This document shows positions 29,251-38,631 of a stretch of DNA of 64,000 nt, in pieces; the stretch's first letter is position 1; the number at the start of each line of letters is the position of its first letter. The notes below the pieces were generated by a model. The model ran no database searches and was not told the origin of the DNA. It worked only from the letters and a program-made list of their open reading frames with translations. The position numbers and the translations under genes were made by a program. The DNA is from an uncultured virus (IMG/VR IMGVR_UViG_3300022752_000053) (lineage: Duplodnaviria > Heunggongvirae > Uroviricota > Caudoviricetes), in IMG/VR virus record IMGVR_UViG_3300022752_000053; one strand, 5' to 3'.

Positions 29251-30507
29251 ATGAAGAATTTCTTCCAATTTTTATCAGAAGCGAGAGAATCCCAGGCATC
29301 GGATCAAGCAAAACGTCTTGGATTGGTTGGTGATGGTCATGGTGGATGGAAAGATAAGAAGGGGGAGTATGTTGCAAAGACTGAAAAGGGAAAATTAAAA
29401 TTCTTTAATCAACAGCAAAACGCGGGTCAAAAAGATGAACCTCAAGTGAGGTCTCCAAAAAATCAACAAGTTACTGCTGCTCAATCTGGAAATGCTCCAG
29501 CAACTCAACCACAACCTCAACAAAAAGTAGCACCTTCGGGAATTAATAAATCTGCAGAAGATGTGGGTGATACAACAGAAGAGAAAGGTGATAAAGGTTC
29601 GGTAACAATTGTATTTGGTAGATTTAATCCACCTACAATTGGGCATGAAAAACTTTTAAATAGTGCAGATAAAGTTTCAACGGGTGGAAATTTAAAGATA
29701 TATCCATCAAGAAGTCAAGATCCTAAAAAGAATCCTTTAAAACCAGACACTAAGATATCTTACATGCGTAAGATGTTTCCTAAGTATGGTGAGAAGATTA
29801 TTAATGACAATGATATGAAAACTATCTTTGATGTTTTAAAAAGAGCAGATGAGGATGGATACTCTTCGGTTAATATTGTAGTTGGTTCTGATCGTCAAGC
29901 AGAATTTGAAAATCTTGCAAACAAATATAATGGAGATCTTTATAATTTTGAAGAGATTCAAGTTATTTCTGCTGGTGTGAGAGATGCTGATGCTGAAGGT
30001 GTGGAGGGAATGTCTGCATCTAAGATGAGAAAAGCAGCAGCAGAAAATGATTTTGTTGCATTTGGTCGAGGTGTGCCGAAATCATTAGGTGATGATGAGA
30101 CTAAAAAATTATTCACGGCATTACGTTCGGCAATGAATGTGAAGGAGGGATATGAAATGTGGCGGATTGCTCCAAAATTTGATTGGAAAAATCTTCGTGA
30201 AAATTATATTATTGAAAAAGTTTTTAAAGTTGGTGATATCGTAGAAAATTTAAATACGGGAATTGTTGGTGAAGTGATTCGTAGAGGAACTAATCACTTA
30301 ATATGCTTAACTGCTGAAGGTATGATGTTTAAATCCTGGATTAAAGACTTAAATGAATATACTGAAGTTAAGATGGATAGTATACAAAGAGCACCAGGAA
30401 AACCAAATACATTAGTGGGCACTGGGGGATTTAGAAAACTTGCAATGAAAATGACTGGGACGACAGATATAAAAAATTTCATAAATAAGCATAGAATAAA
30501 AAAGTAA
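29251..30507 (+). CDS. Cytidylyltransferase/NMNAT-like nucleotidyltransferase
   Basis: FGRFNPPTIGH, VVGSDR, MSASKMR; N-terminus MKNFFQFLSEA. Confidence 0.85.
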   Translation: MKNFFQFLSEARESQASDQAKRLGLVGDGHGGWKDKKGEYVAKTEKGKLKFFNQQQNAGQKDEPQVRSPKNQQVTAAQSGNAPATQPQPQQKVAPSGINKSAEDVGDTTEEKGDKGSVTIVFGRFNPPTIGHEKLLNSADKVSTGGNLKIYPSRSQDPKKNPLKPDTKISYMRKMFPKYGEKIINDNDMKTIFDVLKRADEDGYSSVNIVVGSDRQAEFENLANKYNGDLYNFEEIQVISAGVRDADAEGVEGMSASKMRKAAAENDFVAFGRGVPKSLGDDETKKLFTALRSAMNVKEGYEMWRIAPKFDWKNLRENYIIEKVFKVGDIVENLNTGIVGEVIRRGTNHLICLTAEGMMFKSWIKDLNEYTEVKMDSIQRAPGKPNTLVGTGGFRKLAMKMTGTTDIKNFINKHRIKK

Positions 30508-30512
30508 CTTGC

Positions 30513-31484
30513 ATGTCAGAATTTACTGGTAGTCAACTTTATGATATGGGATTGGTCTATAAAGAAGTTATTGCTGAATCAGCAGTTCCTGGAAAACCCG
30601 CAGAGCGTCTTGGTGCAGTAAGTGCTATTCCCCAGGATGAGCGTGAAGCAGCAAAGCAAAGAACTCTTGCAAAGGCAGCAGCATTGAGAGCAAAAAAAAA
30701 TATCACACAAGAAGCAAAAGAATCAAATGATGGAAATCTTGCAAACAATTATCCCCCATACGATAAAGTCACTAGAGGAGATGTAATTGCAGGAAGACTT
30801 GGAAAAGATCAGATGGGTGGTAAGAAGAAAAAGAAAGTAAAAGAATCTTTTTCAAACTGGAGAAATGATCTTCGTGAAATTGCAGATGAGATTGAGTCAA
30901 AGACTTCAGAAAGTAATACTAAAACAATTACTGGAATGCCGCCAGGAAAAAAGAATAAAATCACCACTAGTCCTTCATTTAAGGAAGCAGTTGAGGAAAT
31001 TGGTGGTGAATTGATTGAGATGGTTAAAATTGATGAAAAAGCACCTCCTGGTGCAAAGTTTGAAAGAATGGTTAAGCATATTAAACAAGGATATTCTAAG
31101 AATGGATTGACTAAAAAAGAAAAGTCGATTGCTTATGCAACTGCTTGGAAAGCAAAAAATGTTGAAGAAGAAATGGATACAAATCTAATTGATCAGCAAC
31201 AACTTAAGAATAAAGAATTGATAATGAAAAAAAGGAATCAATTGCAAACTCAGCAATTGACTCTACAGAAACAAGGTAAACTTCCTTTAAATATTGAAGC
31301 AAAAGAATCTGCTTATGATGATTCTTTGTTGGGGAGAACTGCAGAACGTGCTAAAAGAGATGATTTGGTTGGAATGGCAATTCAAAGAGATCCAAAAGCA
31401 TATCAAAGAGCACTTAAGCAAATGGCAGTAGATAGAGAGAATGAAAGAAAACGCAAAGAAAAGATTAGAAATAATCCTGTGTGA
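30513..31484 (+). CDS. Late modular basic protein, candidate internal head polyprotein
   Basis: Late promoter at 30481; basic modules bounded by IAE, VKE, IDE, VEE. Confidence 0.55.
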   Translation: MSEFTGSQLYDMGLVYKEVIAESAVPGKPAERLGAVSAIPQDEREAAKQRTLAKAAALRAKKNITQEAKESNDGNLANNYPPYDKVTRGDVIAGRLGKDQMGGKKKKKVKESFSNWRNDLREIADEIESKTSESNTKTITGMPPGKKNKITTSPSFKEAVEEIGGELIEMVKIDEKAPPGAKFERMVKHIKQGYSKNGLTKKEKSIAYATAWKAKNVEEEMDTNLIDQQQLKNKELIMKKRNQLQTQQLTLQKQGKLPLNIEAKESAYDDSLLGRTAERAKRDDLVGMAIQRDPKAYQRALKQMAVDRENERKRKEKIRNNPV

Positions 31485-31538
31485 TTGTTAAAATTAGGTA
31501 AAATCCCTAAATAATATTGTTGTAATTGGATTATTAAA

Positions 31539-31712
31539 ATGGCTAATGTAGTAAATCTTTTAAAACCAGTCTTGATTCAGTTTATGAATTCCTGCCAGGT
31601 AAAGAAACTGGTTGTGGATCTGATTGATCGTTATGTCGCAACAACCGACAACGATATTGATAATGTAATTGCCTCAACAGTAAGAGTAGCTCTTCTCAAG
31701 AACTGCAAGTGA
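31539..31712 (+). CDS. Small hypothetical late protein (57 aa)
   Basis: MANVVNLLKPVL..TTDNDIDN..; CTAAATA upstream. Confidence 0.6.
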   Translation: MANVVNLLKPVLIQFMNSCQVKKLVVDLIDRYVATTDNDIDNVIASTVRVALLKNCK

Positions 31713-31861
31713 TTAGTTGCTTATTAGCAAATTGGGGATTTTCATTATTTCTTGGAATATTATTTTCTCTTTCTGAGTATATTGGATCGAATCAAAAAAT
31801 TAAAGCAAATAGTGTTTATCAATTTATAAAGAATATTTTAGCAGTATTGCTTAAGAAATAG
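31709..31861 (+). CDS. Small membrane protein (50 aa)
   Basis: GTGA overlap with the previous gene; hydrophobic N-terminal helix then LSEYIG..IKANSVYQF. Confidence 0.5.
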   Translation: MISCLLANWGFSLFLGILFSLSEYIGSNQKIKANSVYQFIKNILAVLLKK

Positions 31862-31933
31862 TTGGGAGACTAAAACTGGGGTCTCCCTTTTTTATAAATA
31901 TTCTTAGGATAACCAAGTTATAGGAAAAAAAGA

Positions 31934-32962
31934 ATGGCACTCTGGGGTATTTCAACAAGTTCCGAAACCGTAGCAAATAATTTTGCAATTCCAAAGCATC
32001 TAAAGGACACTGACCGTAGAAATTCTCCATGGAATTGTTTTGCTGATTGTCGCGGTTGGATTTTGAGAAGATATGGAACTTCAGAAAATTCTGGATTATC
32101 AACCCAGTACTATGATGAAATTTTAGTGCCGGTGATTGGATTGAATACCACTTCTGGATCTGGGGGAACTGGTATTGGTACTGCTGGACCAATTGCTGTT
32201 TTCTTTGAAGACCCAAATTTATCATCAAAAATTTCTATTGGTGCTGGCGCCACTTCTGGAATTGGAACTGGTAGGACCGGATACATTCATGTTGTATTTA
32301 ATGAATTGGTATTTGCAAGTGCTGGTGCTACAGCATTAATTCGCACATATGATGCAGCAAATCTAACTCAGTCAACTTCAATAGTTGCAACTGCATCATC
32401 CAATAGAAGCACACAGTATGCTTGGTCAGCAACTGCTAGATCCCACGGATCTCCAGATACTTTTGTAAATTACAACGGGCAGATTTGCAATAGAGTAGCA
32501 TTTGCATTTACTGCACCAAATACTCTTTTAACTGCTGATGTTAATTTCTTAACCACAGCAGTAAGCGCAACTGGAGTTGGAATTGGTGCAACAATTATCT
32601 ATCTTGATTCTGTAACAAATGTCTCTGTTGGAAGCTCTCTTTCAGTCAGTGGTAAATTGGTTAAAGTGCCTGTGACTTCTATTGGAAGCACATTTGTTAC
32701 AATTGGTACCGCTTCTACAATTGGGACAACAATGAGTGCGGGTCTTGCTGCCACATTTAGCACTTTTACTACTGCTACGATTCTTAAAATTGACCACGCA
32801 GCTGGATTTGTTGGAGTGATTACTGATGGATCCAATGGTGTTGGAGTAATTAGTTCCTTTAGTCAACAGTTTGCTGGATATAGTCTTATTCGTAATGTTG
32901 GTGGTGCTGGAACTACCGGTGGTGTTGGTATTGGTACAACTACGTTAACAGTTAAAGCATAA
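31934..32962 (+). CDS. Probable virion structural/decoration protein
   Basis: MALWG start, Gly/Thr-rich with repeated GIGT, late promoter TATAAATA ~31893. Confidence 0.5.
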   Translation: MALWGISTSSETVANNFAIPKHLKDTDRRNSPWNCFADCRGWILRRYGTSENSGLSTQYYDEILVPVIGLNTTSGSGGTGIGTAGPIAVFFEDPNLSSKISIGAGATSGIGTGRTGYIHVVFNELVFASAGATALIRTYDAANLTQSTSIVATASSNRSTQYAWSATARSHGSPDTFVNYNGQICNRVAFAFTAPNTLLTADVNFLTTAVSATGVGIGATIIYLDSVTNVSVGSSLSVSGKLVKVPVTSIGSTFVTIGTASTIGTTMSAGLAATFSTFTTATILKIDHAAGFVGVITDGSNGVGVISSFSQQFAGYSLIRNVGGAGTTGGVGIGTTTLTVKA

Positions 32963-32966
32963 TTGA

Positions 32967-33353
32967 ATGATATTTACTGAATTGAATGACGAAAATTATA
33001 TGATGTTTGCTATACAAAATTATAGCAATCCACAGTCATCCACTAAAGATGACTTTCTTGACGATATGAAGAGGTTTAAGTATGTTAAACGTCTTCTGAG
33101 ACGATATAAAAAGACAGGAAATTTGAAATATAATTTAGTCATAAATCATTTTATTATTATATACAATGTATTTCAAGATGCAGCGACCCCTCTTCTTTTC
33201 TACAAAATAGATAAAGATTTGTGGTCAACTATGAAAAGTTTTATTTTATTTTTGAATAGAATTCCAGAATATCCAAAGTGCTATATTCATAATATACCAA
33301 TTGATGAAACATGTTACAATTCTCTACAATTAACCTATAATGAAAGAGAATAA
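32967..33353 (+). CDS. Hypothetical protein
   Basis: ELNDENYMMFAIQNYSNPQ..DMKRFKYVKRLL; 128-aa ORF in the late run before primase. Confidence 0.75.
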   Translation: MIFTELNDENYMMFAIQNYSNPQSSTKDDFLDDMKRFKYVKRLLRRYKKTGNLKYNLVINHFIIIYNVFQDAATPLLFYKIDKDLWSTMKSFILFLNRIPEYPKCYIHNIPIDETCYNSLQLTYNERE

Positions 33354-33582
33354 AATTAATAAAATTATTGATATACTTCGCAATCTGAATGAAGATGGTG
33401 GGCCCACAATGAGTGCTGGAACAGGTGGATTCACTTCATCTGCAAATGCAAAGGGACCAGTTGCCGGATTTGATACTGTAATGGGAATGACAAAAAGAAA
33501 ACCATCAAAATATGCAACAGGTGGAGTTGGATCACGTAGAAGATGGTTAGATTTTTTAAACTTAAAAAGTAAATCTAATTAA
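33340..33582 (+). CDS. Small protein containing a gp23 N-arm-like segment
   Basis: PTMSAGTGGFTSSANAKGPVAGFD resembles gp23 PTMSGNAAGASGGFSGSAGATGPVAGFD in this window. Confidence 0.7.
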   Translation: MKENKINKIIDILRNLNEDGGPTMSAGTGGFTSSANAKGPVAGFDTVMGMTKRKPSKYATGGVGSRRRWLDFLNLKSKSN

Positions 33583-33588
33583 AGAGCA

Positions 33589-34026
33589 ATGGAAGAAGGA
33601 ATTAGAGTTGCTGTTCTTGGTCAAAAATTAGAAGATTTGAAGCACATTGTTGAGAAAATTGATACTGCGATTGAAAAACTAAGTGAAATCAATACGAATG
33701 TAATTAAAATGTTAGCAGTTCACGAAGAAAAAATTGATAATCAGCAGAAGGTTGATGATTTGATTATCAAAATGATAGAAGATATGAAAGATGAAAATGA
33801 TAAAGAGCATAAAAGAACATTGGAAAGAGTTGAAGTAGTTGAGAATAAAGCAGAAGAATATAGTAGAGTTAAATGGATGACAATTGGTATTGGTGCATTT
33901 GGTGCAGTTATTGCCACTGTCGTGTCTACTTTGGTTGCACCCTGGTTGACACCAAGTGAAATGGGATATAAGATGGAACACAGATACGTTCCAAACAAAG
34001 AAAATATTCGTAATGGATCTAATTGA
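33589..34026 (+). CDS. Coiled-coil protein with a C-terminal transmembrane helix
   Basis: Heptad-rich region followed by WMTIGIGAFGAVIATVVSTLV. Confidence 0.65.
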   Translation: MEEGIRVAVLGQKLEDLKHIVEKIDTAIEKLSEINTNVIKMLAVHEEKIDNQQKVDDLIIKMIEDMKDENDKEHKRTLERVEVVENKAEEYSRVKWMTIGIGAFGAVIATVVSTLVAPWLTPSEMGYKMEHRYVPNKENIRNGSN

Positions 34027-34981
34027 TGTCAAATACATTAGCTTAATTTCTTCCCGACTTCAAAAATTTAAAAAGGTAAAGAATAATCTTTATAACTTTC
34101 GTTGCCCTATTTGTGGAGATTCTCAAAAAAATAAGAATAAGTTGAGGGGATATCTTTATCAGGTAAAAAATAATACAAATTATAAGTGTCATAATTGTGG
34201 TATTAACATATCATTTAATAATTTTCTCAAACAACTTGATATAGAAACTCATAAAAAATACATCTTTGAGAAATTTAAAGAAGGTTATACTGGTAAGAAT
34301 TTTACAGTAGAAGAACCCAAATTTGAATTTAAGGTTCCTGAGTTTAAATCAAAACTTGATTTGCCCAAAGCATCTGAAAATCCAAGTGCATCTGGATATT
34401 TGCAGGGTAGAAAACTGAATCCAGATAAATTTTATTATGCCGAAAAGTTTAAAGAGTGGACTAATTCTATTAAGCAAACTTTTGAGAATACAAAGTATGA
34501 CGAACCGAGGATTATCATTCCCATCTTCTATCAGAAATCTCTAGTAGGATTTCAAGGGAGAGCATTGGGTCCAAACAAGGTTAAATATATTACTGTGATG
34601 CTTTATGAAGATGCACCAAAAATCTATGGTCTTGATGAAATACAAAAGGACAAAACTGTATACATCACCGAAGGTCCCTTTGATTCAACATTTATTTCAA
34701 ACGCGATTGCTCTTTGCGGAGCTGACGGTGATGTTAATAAGTGGGGGATTAACAATCCTGTGTGGGTATATGATAACGAACCACGTAATTCAGAAATCCT
34801 ATCAAGAATTTCCCGTGTTATTGAAACTGGACAAAAAGTTGTCATCTGGCCTTCAAAAATAGAGGAAAAGGATATAAATGATATGATTCTTGCTGGACAA
34901 AATGTTCGGGAAGTGATAGAATTAAATACATATTCTGGTTTAGAAGCAAAACTAAAATTCACTATTTGGAAAAAAATATGA
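34013..34981 (+). CDS. gp61: DNA primase gp61
   Basis: Zinc finger CPICGDS..CHNC; TOPRIM EGPFDS, YDNEPRN, KDINDM. Confidence 0.95.
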   Translation: MDLIDVKYISLISSRLQKFKKVKNNLYNFRCPICGDSQKNKNKLRGYLYQVKNNTNYKCHNCGINISFNNFLKQLDIETHKKYIFEKFKEGYTGKNFTVEEPKFEFKVPEFKSKLDLPKASENPSASGYLQGRKLNPDKFYYAEKFKEWTNSIKQTFENTKYDEPRIIIPIFYQKSLVGFQGRALGPNKVKYITVMLYEDAPKIYGLDEIQKDKTVYITEGPFDSTFISNAIALCGADGDVNKWGINNPVWVYDNEPRNSEILSRISRVIETGQKVVIWPSKIEEKDINDMILAGQNVREVIELNTYSGLEAKLKFTIWKKI

Positions 34982-37272
34982 GCAACGGTCTTAAAGTTAA
35001 AAAGCGAAACGGTCATGTTGAGCAGATAGATCTTGATAAAATGCACATCATGGTTGATGAGGCATGTAAGAATCTTGCTGGAGTTTCTGCATCACAAGTT
35101 GAAATACAATCTGGTATTCAATTTTATGATGGAATTACTACTTCAGAAATTCAAGAGATTTTGATTCGCTCTGCATCAGATTTGATTGATTTGGAGCATC
35201 CGAATTATCAGTTTGTTGCTGCCCGTCTGCTTCTTTTTTCAATTCGTAAGCAACTTTACGGAAAGATGCAAGAACTTCCTCATCTTGAAACTCACATCAT
35301 GGATTGTGTTTCTGCGGAAGTTTATGATAGTGACATTTATAATAAGTATTCTAAGGAAGAAATTGAGTCTGCAAACGCTTTTATTCGGCACGATAGAGAC
35401 TATTTGTTTACCTATGCTGGACTTCGGCAGGTTGTTGATAAGTATCTTGTGCAAGATCGAAGCTCTGGTGGAGTATATGAAACTCCACAATTCATGTATA
35501 TGATGATTGCTCTGACTATCTTTGCAGAGTATCCTAAGGAAACCCGTCTTTCATACGTCAAGAGGTATTATGACGCAATCTCAAGACACAAAATCAACAT
35601 TCCAACACCAATCATGGCGGGGGTGCGAACACCTCTCCGGCAATTTGCATCTTGTGTTCTCGTTGATGTTGATGACTCCCTCGATAGCATCTTTAGTAGC
35701 GATATGGCTATTGGCAGATATGTCTCACAGAGGGCTGGTATCGGTATCAACGCAGGCAGAATCCGTGGTATCAACAGTAAGATCAGAGGTGGAGAAGTTC
35801 AACACACTGGTGTTATTCCTTTCCTTAAAAAGTTTGAATCAACTGTACGATGCTGCACACAAAATGGGATTCGTGGAGGTTCAGCAACCGTCCACTTCCC
35901 AATCTGGCACCAAGAAATCCAAGACATTCTAGTTCTCAAAAATAACAAGGGTACGGAAGATAATCGTGTCCGTAAACTTGATTACTCAATTCAGATTAGT
36001 AAGTTATTCTATGAAAGGTTTATTCAAGATTCTGAGATTACATTATTCTCACCGCACGATGTTCCTGGACTTTATGATTCTTTCGGAACAATTGAGTTTG
36101 ACTCTCTCTACATTGGGTATGAAAACAATCCAAATATTCCAAAAAAGAAAATCAAAGCTCAGGAATTAATTCTTAACCTTCTTAAGGAACGTGCTGAAAC
36201 GGGTCGTATCTACATCATGAATATTGATCATTGCAACTCTCACTCATCCTTTAATGATAAGGTAAATATGAGTAACTTATGTCAAGAAATTACTTTGCCC
36301 ACAGATCCTATTCGTCATATTGATGGTGATGGTGAGATTGCTCTTTGCATTCTTTCTGCTATCAATGTTGGTAAAGTAAAATCTGATGACGAACTGGAAG
36401 AACTATGTGAACTTTCTGTGCGAGGATTGGAGGAATTAATTGATTATCAAGACTATCCGGTAAAGTCTGCTGAAATTGCTACTAAGGCAAGACGCTCTCT
36501 TGGAATCGGTTATATTGGTCTGGCACATTATCTTGCCAAATTGGGATTCAAATATGATTCGCAAGAAGCATGGGATGCAGTTCATGGACTTTCTGAGTCT
36601 TTTCAATATTATCTTTTAAAGGCATCAAATCAACTTGCCAAGGAAAAAGGACATTGTGAATATTTTGGACGCACTAAGTATTCCGATGGATTACTTCCAA
36701 TTGATCATTATAAGTCTGAAGTGGATGAGATTTCATCAATTCCTTATCAACATGATTGGGGCGATCTTCGACAATCAATTGCAAAATATGGACTCAGGCA
36801 TTCCACATTGTCTGCTCAGATGCCTTCGGAAAGTAGTTCGGTAGTTTCTAACGCAACAAATGGTATTGAGCCTCCTCGTGGATTTTTATCCATTAAGAAA
36901 TCTAAGAAGGGTCCACTTAAGCAAATTGTTCCTCAGTATATGACACTAAAAAATAATTATACTTTGTTATGGGATATGAAGAGTAATGATGGATATATCA
37001 AGATTGTTGCAATGATGCAAAAGTTTTTTGACCAAGCAATATCCGGAAACTGGTCATATAATCCTGAAAATTATACGGATAATGAAGTTCCTGTGAGTGT
37101 GATGGCAAAAGATTTTTTGACTACATATAAGTATGGGTGGAAGACTTCATATTATCAAAATACCTACGATATTAAAACCGATGAAGTTGAGGAGTCAAAG
37201 CCTACTTTGTCTGAATTGCTTGACGAGTTAAGTTCAGTAGAGGAAGGGGAGTGTGAATCCTGTGCAGTTTAA
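34978..37272 (+). CDS. nrdA: Ribonucleotide reductase class Ia alpha subunit
   Basis: ATP cone, PTPIMAG, SNLCQEI, MPSESSS, C-terminal CESC. Confidence 0.97.
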   Translation: MSNGLKVKKRNGHVEQIDLDKMHIMVDEACKNLAGVSASQVEIQSGIQFYDGITTSEIQEILIRSASDLIDLEHPNYQFVAARLLLFSIRKQLYGKMQELPHLETHIMDCVSAEVYDSDIYNKYSKEEIESANAFIRHDRDYLFTYAGLRQVVDKYLVQDRSSGGVYETPQFMYMMIALTIFAEYPKETRLSYVKRYYDAISRHKINIPTPIMAGVRTPLRQFASCVLVDVDDSLDSIFSSDMAIGRYVSQRAGIGINAGRIRGINSKIRGGEVQHTGVIPFLKKFESTVRCCTQNGIRGGSATVHFPIWHQEIQDILVLKNNKGTEDNRVRKLDYSIQISKLFYERFIQDSEITLFSPHDVPGLYDSFGTIEFDSLYIGYENNPNIPKKKIKAQELILNLLKERAETGRIYIMNIDHCNSHSSFNDKVNMSNLCQEITLPTDPIRHIDGDGEIALCILSAINVGKVKSDDELEELCELSVRGLEELIDYQDYPVKSAEIATKARRSLGIGYIGLAHYLAKLGFKYDSQEAWDAVHGLSESFQYYLLKASNQLAKEKGHCEYFGRTKYSDGLLPIDHYKSEVDEISSIPYQHDWGDLRQSIAKYGLRHSTLSAQMPSESSSVVSNATNGIEPPRGFLSIKKSKKGPLKQIVPQYMTLKNNYTLLWDMKSNDGYIKIVAMMQKFFDQAISGNWSYNPENYTDNEVPVSVMAKDFLTTYKYGWKTSYYQNTYDIKTDEVEESKPTLSELLDELSSVEEGECESCAV

Positions 37273-38440
37273 AATTCTTAGTGAAGAGGAACATACGCAA
37301 GTAAAAGGTATGACTGTCTTCAACACGGATCAGGTCAATACTAAAAAACAACCAATGTTCTTCGGTAAACCTTTGGGAATCCAAAGGTATGATTCATACA
37401 AATATCCAATCTTTGAAAAATTAACAACTCAACAATTAGGATATTTCTGGAGACCTGAAGAGGTTTCACTTCAGAAAGATCGTGGAGATTACCAAACCCT
37501 TCGTCCCGAGCAAAAGCACATTTACACTTCTAACTTGAAGTATCAGATTATGCTTGATTCTGTTCAGGGAAGAGGTCCGGGACTGGCATTTTTGCCATAC
37601 TGCTCACTTCCTGAACTGGAAGCATGTATGACAGTGTGGGAGTTTATGGAGATGATTCATAGTCGCTCCTATACATATATCATCAAAAACATTTATTCAG
37701 ACCCATCAGAAGTGTTTGATACTATTATCACTGACGAACGCATTCTGGAACGTGCTGAGAGCGTTACAGAGTCATATAATGACTTTATACAGACAGCACA
37801 AGATTATGGATCATCCAATCAATGGGTGCATCAACTTGAAGGAGTTCCATTAGCAAAAGAAACACTTAAAGATGTCAAAAGAAAGTTGTACAGAGCAATT
37901 GCAAATGTTAACATTCTTGAAGGTATTCGGTTTTACGTTAGCTTTGCTTGTAGTTTCGCATTTGGTGAACTTAAGCTTATGGAGGGATCAGCTAAAATTA
38001 TTAGCCTCATTGCCAGAGATGAAAATCAACATTTAGCAATTACTCAAAATATTATGAATAAGTGGAGGGAAGGTGATGATCCCGAAATGAAACAAATTGT
38101 GAAGGAAGAAGAAGAGTGGGTTATTAAAATGTTTGATCGTGCTGTGAATGAGGAAAAGAAATGGGCAGATTATCTGTTCAAAGATGGTAGCATGATTGGA
38201 TTAAACGATAAACTTCTTCAGCAATATGTTGAATGGATTGCAAATCGAAGAATGAAAGCAATTGGACTCAAACCAAAATATGATATTTCAGCAAATAACA
38301 ATCCCCTTCCTTGGACACAGCACTGGATTTCCTCTAAAGGTCTCCAGGTGGCTCCTCAGGAAACCGAAGTAGAAAGTTATGTAGTTGGTGGAATCAAACA
38401 AGATGTGAAAAAAGACACATTCAGTGGATTTAAATTATAA
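37253..38440 (+). CDS. nrdB: Ribonucleotide reductase class Ia beta subunit
   Basis: FWRPEEV, EMIHSRSY, LEGIRFYVSF, RDENQH, APQETE. Confidence 0.97.
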   Translation: MNPVQFKILSEEEHTQVKGMTVFNTDQVNTKKQPMFFGKPLGIQRYDSYKYPIFEKLTTQQLGYFWRPEEVSLQKDRGDYQTLRPEQKHIYTSNLKYQIMLDSVQGRGPGLAFLPYCSLPELEACMTVWEFMEMIHSRSYTYIIKNIYSDPSEVFDTIITDERILERAESVTESYNDFIQTAQDYGSSNQWVHQLEGVPLAKETLKDVKRKLYRAIANVNILEGIRFYVSFACSFAFGELKLMEGSAKIISLIARDENQHLAITQNIMNKWREGDDPEMKQIVKEEEEWVIKMFDRAVNEEKKWADYLFKDGSMIGLNDKLLQQYVEWIANRRMKAIGLKPKYDISANNNPLPWTQHWISSKGLQVAPQETEVESYVVGGIKQDVKKDTFSGFKL

Positions 38441-38451
38441 ATTTCATATAG

Positions 38452-38481
38452 ATAGGGAAGAGAAATCTTCCCTATTTTTTT
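38452..38481 (+). terminator. Intrinsic terminator after nrdB
   Basis: ATAGGGAAGA-GAAA-TCTTCCCTAT followed by a T-run. Confidence 0.85.
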
Positions 38482-38631
38482 ATGATTGACATCACAGATA
38501 TTTACGCTTTAAAGGCAAAAATTTATAAACTTAAACATAAGGTTAACGAAGAAATTGTTTTTTCAAATGATAAATTAGTAGTCAATAAATATCTGAATAA
38601 AGTGTTAGATTATATTGATGAGTTACGATAA
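38482..38631 (+). CDS. Small hypothetical protein (49 aa)
   Basis: MIDITDIYALKAKIYKLK..KVLDYIDELR; overlaps the next start. Confidence 0.5.
   Translation: MIDITDIYALKAKIYKLKHKVNEEIVFSNDKLVVNKYLNKVLDYIDELR

Noticed and set aside
20787..38440. Introns or inteins in gp43, gp41, nrdA, nrdB (and psbA at 59634)
   Set aside because: All are continuous ORFs of ordinary length with no visible insertion.
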